Origin: Amoebidium appalachense
Taxonomy: Eukaryota > Protista > Ichthyosporea
Reading direction: 5' to 3'
DNA length: 64,000 nt
NCBI GenBank assembly: GCA_963693365.1
Contig: CAVNZM010000003.1
Coordinates: forward strand, 14,354,914-14,418,913
The notes beneath the pieces are model-generated. The model saw only the letters and a list, made by a program, of their open reading frames with translations. It had not been told where the DNA came from and did no database searches. A program made the translations under genes and the position numbers. Every line of letters begins with the position of its first letter. Position 1 is the first letter of the stretch. Shown here piece after piece: positions 1 to 13,010 of the stretch.

Positions 1-1463
1 GCAGTTGTAGACTGCGGTTTGTACGCCTCCCCTTGTCGGTTTTGCGGTATGCAGTCTGGTTTTTTCGCTTGCGGTAAGCAATCCATGTAGCGCGTTCATA
101 TTCTGAATCATCGCTCACGGCCCACACTAGTGCATGCTCAGCCTTAGGAACGCGATGGGTCTGCAGCAGCATGCCTATTTCGTAGCCAGTGTAATGGCGA
201 ATTGTATCTCGGTGGGCGTCAATAAGGTGTTGAGAGAGAACACGGATGCCCTGTTTATTACACAGGGCGCAGAAGCCCGCGGGGTGCCTAGAACCCTCGT
301 CACATGCCACGTATTCACCATGGTGTTCAACGTAAAAGTTAACGTATGCAGTCACCATTTCTGAGGTAAATGGTGAGCCCTGTGTAACAGCATGTGCGGG
401 TGCATTTACAGCAACGTTTCGGGCCGCCATTTTTGTTCAATCATTGGTGGATAGCAGTATGCCAGGCAGCAAAAAGCTACTGTGCATGTGTGGCCGTGAG
501 CATATGCAAACCTACTGACTGACTGACTGATGATATGGTTTCCACAGTGTGATCGACTCCGCGCGCCGCGCGCCGCTCCGGGCGGTGCGCGGCGTGGAAT
601 GAAAGCCAATGAATATTCACGGATTTGAGAGATAGGATTTCGCGTCATGTGATTGGATCACATAATTTTTCTGGAGGCGTGCAAAGCAGACCACCATCCT
701 TGCCGGGAGACCGCAAAATTGATTTTGATCACGCTTTAATGTGGTAGAACTGGCTCAGGAATTAACAGCTGAAAATTATAAGATTTATAAAAGTAATACT
801 TTGATAAAACACGCCTATATTATTCATTTAAAGGTTGCCAGACAGAGGCGTGCAAATGAAGGGAGCCAGCCATTCCACCCATATGGCTAGTGTAGATAAT
901 TACCAACAACCTTGGTTGTAAAGATATATTTTGATATAATTTATAACAGATAATAATATTGTTGCATAAATGAATGATTCATGAAAGAAGTCGTATCAGA
1001 TATGGCAGAGGAGCAACACCCTTGTGTCACAGACTTGGTGCACGTGCGCGTGCACAAATTCCATCGTCCGAGACATCATAAACCCGCCACTAAGTCGTCA
1101 TTTAGTTGTCCATACGGGCCCATGTGGGCGGGCAGGCTTACGGTAACTGTCAGCATTGTTACTAGATATAGTAATGGCCACAACCCTTTCCGTTATTTGT
1201 TAGCTGATGTGGCCACTACAGGGTCCACAGATACATATAGATGCGGCAACGATTGGCATTATTAAGTGAATCCAAGCCGAAAACAAAAATTATGCACTCG
1301 ATTCAGACATCAACATATTGTCAAACCGATCTCATAAAGATATCCGAAAGGTTCGGATGTGGGGGTGATCGAGATGGGAAAAAAGGAAAATGTAGTCTAC
1401 AAGTCCCCATAAAGGCATCTTTTAAGGGTACGACAATTTGCATAGCCTCACCCATTGCTACCT

Positions 1464-4029
1464 CTACATATTCACGAACCGGTTAACCAGGAACTTCTTC
1501 TGCACCCCGTCTTGTGCATACATGGGGATACAGTGGAAAGTCCCCAGTATGGATTCCACGTCGATGACGTCGTATCTGGGCCTCCTCCGGGCACCCGTCC
1601 CTGTCATTTCCACTTGGAGTTTCTTGCACCCTGTGAGGGGATCCACCTCCACCTCGGTGTAGTACCGTACAAAGGCAAGCTGGTGCAAGACCTTTTCCGA
1701 CGCCCCCGGTTGGCCATCCTCAGAGCATTCCTCCGTCTCGCACGTAAATAGGAGCACCGTCCGTGCGTACCAAACTCCGTCCTGACCCTGGATCACGATG
1801 TCGTCGTACCTGTCACGCCGCCCGTAGAACTGGTCACACGCCACCACTCTATGCCACACCCTCTCATCCGGCACTCCCAGCCTGATGTAGCAGCTGTTGT
1901 ACACCTTCACCTTGCAGCCCAGTGGAACAGGCAGTGTATGACGGTCAACGTTGCGGGCCTGTGCTTCGGACACGGAGGCCAGGTGCAGCTGCGTCTGTAA
2001 TGGCAGATACTTGAGGCACTTGCTGCGGTCCGAGCCCAGGAAGGGGCTTGGCACAAACTCCTGGCCAGGGGGAACAAAGAACTTGTCCAGGGTAGACCAC
2101 AGCAGACCGGTCTTATCGAGGCCCGGGTGGCTCTTGATCTTTATACCTGCAGGGTAGACACAACCTCAAAAACCAATTACTCGCTACGTTTACCATATAT
2201 GGTGCTGGTGTCCCCCTAGACCTTAGGAATTTGCCACGACGTCCCCCTTCCCCTTCTCCCCCCCTACACCACACACACACAAACACACATAATACATACA
2301 CACCCCCACAATTACACAACCAAAACTGACATCGTAATGTCAGTTTTGCTACATTTAAAAAATGAGAATAAAACGATGTATGTAACCATATGGGCGGGGT
2401 TTAGGGGGCTTTAGGGCTGTAGCCCTGGACCTTGGCCCACACCTCCCTAGTACCTATATGCTGCTATTCCCAAAACATGGATGGTCCCAGGCCATTGGTT
2501 CGTGGGTGGCAACAAAAGTGCACCTAGCCATATGAAGGCACATATGGGAAAAACGCACCCGCCGGGTGGGAAAGTGGGGGGGCTTGGTGGGGGTTTGTGG
2601 TGCACGGCTAAAACTCGGTGCACACGTTCCTAGCACCCATATTCTACTTTAAACCAAGTTTCAACTGCTACTTGCACGTGGAACACGTTGTATTTATTAT
2701 CTGGTGGTGCCCTGAGTGGTTGATGTTGCACATGTAGAAAAAAATACCATTTACGGGTGTAAATGTAGGGGGGTTTTTTTGGTATTTTGGCTGCAGCCCT
2801 GTAACTTGGCCCACACCTGCTTAGTACCTATGTGCTGCTATTCCCAAAACATGGATGCTCCCAGGCCATTGGTTCGTGGGTGGCAACAAAAGTGCACCTA
2901 GCCATATGAAGGCACATATGGGAAAAACGCACCCGCCGGGTGGGGAAAGTGGGGGGGCTTGGTGGGGGTTTGTGGTGCACGGCTAAAACTCGGTGCACAC
3001 GTTCCTAGCACCCATATTCTACTTTAAACCAAGTTTCAACTGCTACTTGCACGTGGAACACGTTTTATTCATTATCTGGTGGTGCTCTGAGTGGTTGATG
3101 TTGCACATGTAGAAAAAATACCATTTACGTGTGTAAATGTAGGGGGGGGGTTTTGGTATTTTGGCTGCAGCCCTGGACCTTGGCCCACACCTCCCTAGTA
3201 CCTATATGCTGCTATTCCCAAAGCATGGATGCTCCCAGGCCATTGGTTCGTGGGTGGCAACAAAAGTGCACCTAGCCATATGAAGGCACATATGGGAAAA
3301 ACGCACCCGCCGGGTGGGAAAGTGGGGGGGCTTGGTGGGGGTTTGTGGTGCACTGCTAAAACTCGGTGCACACGTTCCTAGCACCCATATTCTACTTTAA
3401 ACCAAGTTTCAACTGCTACTTGCACGTGGAACACGTTGTATTCATTATCTGGTGGTGCCCTGAGTGGTTGATGTTGCACATGTAGAAAAAATACCATTTA
3501 CGGGTGTAAATGTAGGGGTTTTTTTTTGGTATTTTGGCTGCAGCCCTGTAACTTGGCCCACACCTCCCTAGTACCTATATGCTGCTATTCCCAAAACATG
3601 GATGCTCCCAGGCCATTGGTTCGTGGGTGGCAACAAAAGTGCACCTAGCCATATGAAGGCACATATGGGAAAAACGCACCCGCCGGGTGGGAAAGTGGGG
3701 GGGGGCTTAGTGGGGGTTTGTGGTGCACGGCTAAAACTCGGTGCACACGTTCCTAGCACCCATATTCTACTTTATACCAAGTTTCAACTGCTACTTGCAC
3801 GTGGAACACGTTTTATTCATTATCTGGTGGTGCCCTGAGTGGTTGATGTTGCACATGTAGAAAAAATACCATTTACGGGTGTAAATGTAGGGGGGTTTTT
3901 TTTGGTATTTTGGCTGCAGCCCTGTAACTTGGCCCACACGCAGGGGGGTCTTGATGGGGTTTTAAGCTACATGAGGGCATGTATAGGAAAAACACTCCCA
4001 AAAACACTCCCTCGGGTGGGAATGTTGTT

Positions 4030-4066
<37 letters not shown>

Positions 4067-4362
4067 GGAGAGGGGGGCCGCATACCTGACATTAGGACGG
4101 TGTCTGTGGCATCCGCCTGCTCCAGCACGGTTGCTGCATCTCCCGGTATCTCTGGCTCCAAAACAACGGGAATGTCCTCTGAGCCCTCCTCATCTGCCAG
4201 TTCCTCTTCAGTCAGGTCGGGAAGCACATCCTCAACCTGTGGCTGGAGCCCAGCTGCAATCAACTTCTCCTCTTCCAGGCCTTGAAGAGTTGCCCTACGC
4301 AGGTCCATGCCGTCCCAACGTCGAACCTTTTTTGCCACCTGACCAAAAAAGGTCGTTACCAA

Positions 4363-4393
<31 letters not shown>

Positions 4394-4431
4394 ACCACCA
4401 CCACCACCACCCTTGTTTCACACACACACTG

Positions 4432-4503
<72 letters not shown>

Positions 4504-4591
4504 AACATACACACACATACACACACAACAGACCGTACACACCCCCCCCCCCCCCCACCACCACCACCACCCTTGTTTCACACACACACTG

Positions 4592-4685
<94 letters not shown>

Positions 4686-5156
4686 AACATACACACACAT
4701 ACACACACAACAGACCGTACACACCGTCACATATGCACACACACAAGACACGGGCACGGACACCTATATATCCACTGACCTGCAGCATGAATGTGGAGTT
4801 CTTGTTTGTCGAGCGATACGGTATTTTGCAGTAGTACTTGTGTGCGCGCTCCCAGCTCTCAGCTGTCTCAACAGGGCCGAAGAGACGGTAGTTGTCTGCG
4901 TAATGGCCACCGAAATGAAACTTGGAAGTGCGTAGGCCATTCTTGGAGGAGTCCTTGAAGCAGTCGTATGCATCCTGGGCAAACCTTAAACACGCGTGTT
5001 AGATAACCATCCTCCTCCCCCCTCCCCCCCTTCCCCCCCCCCCACCACCCCAACAAAAAAGAAAAGGGGACAATAAGTAACGGTATCCCGAAAATATAAA
5101 AGCAGTTGTATGTATCCTGTGCAAACCTGTAATGCTCGTGTTACTGATAACCTTAC

Positions 5157-5187
<31 letters not shown>

Positions 5188-6236
5188 AAAAAGGGAAAAA
5201 AGAAAATTACAAAATAAAATGTATTAACGAACTCATAACCATACCTCTTGTACAACTCGGTTATCTTCTCGAGTGCATCATCCGTATATTCCTTCTTGGT
5301 GACGGCCATGTACCATTCATTCCAACCAACGAAAACCTTCTCGGCTTCGATGTTTGCCGAAGCGTCTGGAAGTAGGTCACGGACCACGAAAGGCATGACC
5401 TGCGTTAAGGTGGAATGTGATTAGGGTTCTGCTTTATAACCCTTGCTTGGCTTCAAGGGGGTTAGGGTTTTGGGGGGGGGGGGAGGGGGGGGGGGGTGGC
5501 AGGCGGAGGGGGGGGGGGGGGATATGAAACATGGGGAGGGGGGGGGGGGCTTAGTCTCTGTACCTTCATGATGTCTCTGTACTCGTTGGCACGGAGGAAG
5601 GTCAAGTCAGACACCGATCCGGTGAAGTGTCTGAGTCCGTGAAAACGTGGGATGTCATTGAATTGGCGATCAAACTCCCGGATAAGATCCTTGGCCTCCG
5701 CGTCGGCGGCCTGACAGGCCCCACCATGTCGCTGTTCGCACACGTACTTCACGTATAGTTTGTATTCGACGAGCATCTGCTTGTATACACCACTGTCGGC
5801 TTGGTGCATGCGTTCGACAGGGACACCCCACAGCCATTTGAAGCCAGGGAAACCACGGCATGCATTGTCCGTGAAATCCTGAAGCGAGGCCCGCTTCAGT
5901 AGAGCGGTCGCTACTGCCGATTGCCCGGTTGCGCGCAGCTCAGCGACTTTCTCGTAAATCAGCGCCACCGACTCTTCTGTTTTCAGGTCGGCCGGCTCCC
6001 AAACCCTATACAGGGTTTCGTCACTCTCCCAACACTGATGGCAAGGGCTCGAAGTAGTGGTACCACTCCTGAAAAGGTTACTTGGTATTAGTTACAACGA
6101 AAGAAGTCTATGGTTTTGGTAAAAGTACTGGATTTCTGACAACATTATGTGCCTTCGTGGGGTAGATATGGAGCACATAAAAGCATCAGAAACATATCAT
6201 TTTATTCACTAAATATGTGAGGTAAAAGCACACGTG

Positions 6237-6326
<90 letters not shown>

Positions 6327-6716
6327 ACGTGTACGCGCGTGCGCGCGCGCGTGTGTGTGTGTGAGTGGGAAGAGCACCTGGTACAGGTCACTTTGCGCCC
6401 CTCCGGCCAATCAGTGATGTAGTACGACACTCGTGGGTAGAAAAGCCGCCATCTGTGGTCACTTCCACAGAACATCCACCGACCCCGCTCATTCATCTCC
6501 CGCAGGGGCTCCCCGACGACCATGTCCAGAAAGTGGTGGAACAGCTTCAGCCGGGCCTTGGTTTTGATGCCCTCTGAAGCCTTGTCCTTGAACTCCAGCT
6601 CTGTGATGTATGCAACCGGTAGCCTGCATTAGCATGCATATGCATGCAATCACCAGGTTAGTATTAGTACATACCGTACATACATATGCTCGACATACTT
6701 CATACATTTTTGTGAG

Positions 6717-6756
<40 letters not shown>

Positions 6757-7975
6757 CCCCCCCCCCTCCCCCCCCCCCCCCCCCCCCTTCCCCTCTCCCC
6801 CCGGTCACAGCTGCGCGCTATGCATGCGCACGCGTGATCATGAGTATCTCCATCCCGGAGGTATACATGGGGATGTTATTGCTTCATTTATAGTACATGC
6901 ACGGTGCATGCATAGTAACACGCCAGTACAACGTTGGGGATCTGAGTTGCTTAACATACCTGCACCAATCGCCAGACCTCACGTCCTTGTTGATGTTCCC
7001 CAACGACACGTACACCGGATACGCCTTTTTGCCGGCAAACTGCGTCAGTTGTGTCTGATCTGAGTATATGATCAGAGACATAAGAGTGCCCCCGACCGGT
7101 ATTTGCAATTCTTCCCTCAATGCCCAGTCTCCATCCATGTTGTCCTTGTACACCCGGCGCCCAAGCCCGTCCACTGGGAATTCCGTTTTGTAGGTGATGC
7201 CGCCCTCGCGGCCTAGAGAGGGATGAAGGAGCACGCGTTGGATGCAGTCTCCAATGTCCCTATACATGACGTCGAGGGGTTTCACACCGTGCATGTCAAG
7301 ATCCACGCTCAAGCGCGAGAATTCCTGTGTGCATATTGTGTTAGGTTCGATTTTTAAATTAGGCATGTGCAGAAACCGGGAAGATCGTACGCAGGCACAA
7401 AGTTTTAGGCGTTGAAGTTCCTGCGTGGATCTAATTGGAATGTGGAGGTTAGATAATTGTATAGATCCGCCAATGACATACCTAAATGGATCTGATCTAG
7501 TAGATCGACGAATGGCTAGAGCTTAAACATTACTTTTATAGTATAGCCTGAGCGGATCAAGATCTACCCGATCTACCCACGACCGTGCGCGCGGTTGGCA
7601 TGCAGATGTAAAACAGCTTACCAGGCCGGGGAGTAGATTGTCTATCTTGTCATGAATGTGCTTGACCTTCTTGGGAAGAGGGTTGGGGATGTCACTGGCG
7701 TGCTCTCCCATGATCCCCAGGAGGCGGTCAGCGGCTGCATTCGAGGTCTTGTTCTCGTGGAAGAACTCGGCCAAATCAGCCTGCACATGTACAGACAGTG
7801 TAAACAAGGGGAGAGCACATGGATGTCAAAATGTGCATGTCACGGTGCATCGCTCTAGCTTTCAGTGTGGTTCACACGCATAATACCTTGCGGGTTTCAT
7901 ATGCGGGTTTTCATGGTACAGTCACGGTAGGGAGGGCAGGGGGGGGGGGGGGGGGGGATGGAGGTGTGTGTGTGT

Positions 7976-8006
<31 letters not shown>

Positions 8007-8644
8007 GGGGGGGGGGGCTCGGATCGGGGGGGGGGGGGGGGTTGGAAGGGGGGGGGGGGGGGGGAGCGCCTTGTTCAGCTTACCTCGGGTTTGCTCGCGA
8101 ACGGGTAGTATGGGTCTTTCCGTAGCTCCTCCGTGAGTGCACTGACTTTTTGAATGTATGCCTTCTGCCCCTCAGGAACCCCCCGTAATTTCCCTAAATT
8201 GGAATCGCTACCGGCCTCCACCACAAGCTGCATCTGCTGTCTCTTCAACAGTTTTTCCTTTAGGGCATGATACTCCTCCCCGTCCCTAAGGAAAGTGAGG
8301 TGGTGTGTGCAGCCTGGGAATGGGATATGATTGTGGTGCGCGTGGGGATCTTCCATTTCCGAGTCCTCGAGCTCCCCATGTGCCGCCCCCTCTGGTTCGT
8401 CCGGCTCCCAGGCATCCTCCTCGTTTTCTTCTCCACTAGTGTCCATAGGATCGTTCTCTGACTCAGGCGCCAGGTTCTCGGACCGTGCCGTACGCAGGCC
8501 ACGTGTCAGCCTGTCCTCGCTCTCTTCGTTCGCACGATCGATTTCTGCTTGTGTATACCTATGCCTATGAACAAGGTGGCTAACCATACCGGCACGGTTT
8601 CGAAACGTATCTTGGCATAATGGGCATGGTATAGGACCCGGCAT
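1464..8644 (-). CDS. Plavaka (CMC/EnSpm-related) DNA transposase, 9 exons, ~1043 aa, with N-terminal C2H2 zinc finger and C-terminal BAH-like region
   Basis: GT-AG exons that join in phase: 8644-8084, 7780-7622, 7324-6960, 6623-6378, 6068-5564, 5399-5245, 4984-4780, 4338-4086, 2146-1464 (3132 nt). Motifs: CPLC..HLVHRH; IIYSDQTQLTQFAGKKAYPVYVSLGN; RLFYPRVSYYITDWPE; CHQC; ERMHQADSG; SKFHFGGHY..FG..ESWERAHKYYCKIPYRSTN. These resemble Plavaka-family transposase motifs. Confidence 0.85.
2417..3940. repeat. Tandem array of ~374-bp units (4 full copies plus a short partial) in transposase intron 8
   Basis: Unit start gcagccctg(g/t)a(c/a)cttggcccacac recurs near 2417, 2790, 3164, 3537 and 3912; units are near-identical. 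Confidence 0.95.
4366..4722. repeat. Tandem duplication of a ~180-bp poly-C/(CCA)n/(CA)n block in transposase intron 7
   Basis: ccttgtttcacacacacactgcc...cttaacatac...cagaccgtacac occurs twice in succession. Confidence 0.85.
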
Positions 8645-10059
8645 TTTGACGCGCTTTACCGCACATCACGTGCATACACAAAGTTTATCAAAACAGTGTA
8701 TATACATATATATTTTATAGTACAGATAGATCTCTCGTGTGCGTCCAGCTGGGATGTGGATGGGTTGTGTTGATCATGATGTCCCTTGCCTGATGTCGTG
8801 GAGTCCGCGTTGACCCCCGGGTGGTGTTTCCTACAACATGAAGATGTCCAATAATCCTAATCGTGGTGATTGGACATTTATCACGTACTCGGATAGTTCC
8901 AATGCGGCGATTGGTCTGCTATGGCATAAACTCTATCATGTTGCGTTGCTTCGTCCAACACTGATGCTACTAGGTGCGCATGCCCATATTTCATTGACAT
9001 AAAAAATAACAAACTTAAAAGTAAATATACAAGCTGAATGTGTTATTAGAACAACCGTGGAGATTTCAACGACCTGTATGTTGTTTGGTTTGCGTGCGTT
9101 GCAAATATGATTGGTGATCTGTCATGCATACATGTGGCCACTCTAGGCAGCGCGCGCACTTCGTAAACATGGGAATCCACTGGCATAGCCTACCTAATCG
9201 TTCGGTCCTTATATAAGTGTCAATAAATGTGGACAGTGTAAAAAATACAAAAAAACAATAAAAAATGCAGAAGAGTTCAACTATTAATATTCCAATAGTA
9301 TCATATTAATTGCTCATTCTCCCTGCGGCCACTCGATAAGCTCAATGTCAGGTCCACACCTTCCCATCCGATAGACCCACATACCTGAGCGCGGCAGGGA
9401 AAACAGGTGCAAGTCAAAAGTTGGTTATTTTCTTTCGTAATGGACGTTAGAAATTACTAGAAAATTTGCACTGTAAATTGTCTGGTAATTTAATATTTAT
9501 GTTCATTTCATTGATCTCTTATGCTGAGTTTTCCACGTCTGCTTCTTATAACTTCTGCCTCAGCGCGAGTTAAAACAGGAAAGACGGATGGTGATCCCCA
9601 CATACAACGTACTGTAATAGTGGAATTATGGGTGCTGACAAATTTCAAGCGGATAAAAGATGTCGTCGACACAAAGCAAGAAAAAAAATGCCTCTACTAA
9701 GGCTTTTTATAAACACTTAAAATGTGAGAATATCGGGTTTCTGCAGAATGTTTTGCTGTAATTGTATTGTCATTTTATGGCCAAGAAGTCTTGATGACCA
9801 GGGTCCAACCTCAGCAAATTGCAGGAGGTGTGGGGGGAAAACATATCATATGTTTTCGCCGTCTGTGATTGGGTTACGCGTTTGATTGGCTTCAGCTTAT
9901 GCGATGATCAACCAATTAAAAATTTTTCATGGGCATAGGATTGCAATCCATTTCCCAACCGGAACTGCAACAGAAACCCCACATAACACATCTTTGTGGT
10001 CCATATGACGACATATCGTCATCGCTCTGTCTCGCGCTTACGCCTTCCACGTCTCCACC
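8645..10059. promoter_or_regulatory. Putative bidirectional promoter between the transposase and the JmjC gene
   Basis: AT-rich 1.4 kb with no long ORF between divergent ATGs at 8644 and 10060; GATTGG/CCAAT motifs near 9867-9915. Confidence 0.45.
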
Positions 10060-12976
10060 ATGCCAAAGACCGCGAAAATGGGCGCCACAACGACCAAGCT
10101 TCCCAAGCGCAAAAAGGTTGAGACGCCGTTCGACGACTCGATCTGCAGCGAGCCCGTGGCCGCCAGCAAGGGCGGCAAGGGCGGCAAGGGCGGCAAGGAT
10201 AGCAAGGCCGGGGGTAGGGGCAGGGAGAATCCCAGCAAGGCTGAAAGCCCTACTGGGCAGTCAGTCGGCATTCTCCTCAAAGGCATCACCTCAGTTACGG
10301 CCCCGGCCGCCCTCGCCATGCTGCAGCCGAAGAGGAAAGGTGGGTTGTGTTTGTGTTTTACACCCCCTGCTGCATAAATAGTCGTTACGCGTGTGCTCGT
10401 TGTCAGTTTCACCTAGGCTTTCTCACTGTAACATCAAAAACTTTTAAAATCTTCAAACATAAAAACAACATTGCGCTTCGTCTTTCATGGATAGGGAAAA
10501 GGCTTTAAAGGCACTTCGTGCCCTGCACAGTGCTGAAGAGAAACGGGAGGGCTGTTGTTTATTAGAGGGGTTTGCACCTCCTGTTCCTTTTCGTGATGCG
10601 ATGGAACAGTTTTCGACCAAAGAGATAAAAGAGCAAGCGTGTAGGCAAACAGTAACTCGCGTGTCCGAGTCATGGTGCGAGATAAGCCGGGAGCCTGTCA
10701 GCGTGGACCTTTCCAAGTGTCAAACGTTGCCTCAAGATGTTAGTGGTTTGGGTGAAATGAGCAGTGAGCAGATAGCGCAGTTGTTTGAGGAAAACCTCGA
10801 AGGTGTTGGTGGTGTCTATGCATCCGATGTCGAGGTGGATGGTGATCAAATATTCGACGAACGCGTTTTCAATGTAACTGCAATCAGTGACTTCACGCCG
10901 TTGGGAAGAAATCATTTCGGGGAAACAATGCCAGGAATCAATGTTGCCATGTTGTACGTGCAGTTGTCTGTCTTGGGTTTAACAGTGTTTGGTGCACACA
11001 TTGAAGATGCCGCGCTGGCCTCAGCAAGCCTTCTTTTGTGGGGCATTAAGGTGTGGTTTATCCACCCTCCCTCCCAGTACAAACGGCTCTTACAGCTGGC
11101 CCGCAACGAATTGCCAGGCTCGTGCAGAAACCCACTTCAGCACAAAAATTATATCCCTCGGTCTCCGCGTTACCTTGCATCCATAGGGTTGGCACCTGTC
11201 ATAGTCGTACAGCGCGCCGGCGACTTGGTACAAACCACACCTGGAGCGCTTCACTATGGCTTTCAGGTTGGCCCGAACATTGCGCTAGCAGTGAACACCG
11301 CAACTTTTCTCTGGATCGACCAGCTTGCGCTGTATCCCACGTGCGAGTGTCGGGAACACTTCTTGCCTAGTGTGGAGAACATGATAGCGGGATTCCAGTC
11401 AGTTACACAGGAAAACATACCCGTTGCTATTGGTCAAACCCCCCCCCCCCCCCCCCCCCGCACTCACCCACCCACACTCCCCGTTGTATTTGTACTTTTG
11501 TTCTGTTGACTGCATTCAACCCTCCCCCCCCCCCCCCCCCCCTCCCCCTCCGTTTATATACTCTCCCTTCACCCACTCCACTCTTTTTAAACACACCTGC
11601 TGCTAGTGTGGTTTACTCGCTCCCCCCACTCGCCTGTCCACGTCAACTAGTTCTTTTGTGTTTTCGAAACCTCCGCATTCACCCACGATATGTTGATGGG
11701 GATATCCATACGATAGATCATTTTTGGCGTAGAAATGGTTGGGAAAGGGGGGGATTCGGTGGTGTTTTGGGTCATATGATGACCTCCAATAGTTATCTGG
11801 ATCATGCCGGAAAATACTATCTGTTGCCAGGGTTGCCCTGTTTCCGCACTTCTGTTAGTTTTCTACGATTCCAACAATTGTACTAACATTAGTCCTACTA
11901 TTCTTCAGTCACAGAAGTCCAGGAAGATGACGAGAACAACTTCAACGACGAGGATGAATGCCCCTACAACCGCGAGGATCAGCTCGAGGTCCTTTTTTAC
12001 ACACTGGTGTTGTCGGGCAAGCACCCAACCTACACCTCCCAGAGGATGCGAAAGCTCATCCGCTCCTACAGTCGCGCCGCCATGAGGGAGCAGTTGCGCG
12101 CCCTCCTGGGCAAGGAGGCGAGACTGCCAGTGCTTGATGATCCAGAGCCGCCTCCGTCTCCATCTGGGCCTGGGCTGGGCCGCACCCCTACCACCCCTTC
12201 CCGTCGCCCAACCCCCTCCCCCTCCAAGAAACGCCCCGAGACATTATCCTTTCAGGAGACCACCCAGTTCCTGGTAGGCAACCTATCCCTCCCTTGGTTT
12301 CGTTTTGATTTTGTTTCTCTTACCTATTGTAGTAGTTATGTTTCAAACAACCCTCCCCCCACCAATCTCTGTGATCAAAGCTCATCCTTGTGGAGGAATT
12401 GTTGCCATCCCACCACCTCATGCTGCCACCTCCTAATGCATTCATCCCCCCCTACCCGCACTAAACCCATCCCTACTACATCCACACCCTTATTCTGTCT
12501 AAGTGGATAAACTGAAGGAACTATTCAAACTTGGTCATTTCAAAGCAACTGCTACAGCACGTTTCCAGCATGGAGGATTTATAGCTCCATCAAGATTTAT
12601 TCACATCGTCATTCTTGTTTTCTAACATTTTCCATCACCGTCAGAATGACTATGTGGAAAAGTCCTCCAAGACCCACAACATCTACCAGCACCTTGTGCT
12701 GGAGTCACCCCAGATCAACAACGCCCACGATGGGGACCTGGCTGGAAAGTTCGTTGAGGTTCTTCAGAAAGTCGAGACGTCAAGCGCGAAGCTGAATCAG
12801 GAGGCCGTGGCCAAGTGGGTCCACATCATCCGCAACTGTGTGCGTAGCGATCCCGCACAGAAGTATATCTCCAAAATCCGCACGGGCATCACCTCCATCA
12901 AGTCCAATGTCCACCAGCACGTCCGCAACTTCCTGAGGACTGGGTACGTTGTACCTGGGACCAATCTCGATGTATC

Positions 12977-13010
<34 letters not shown>

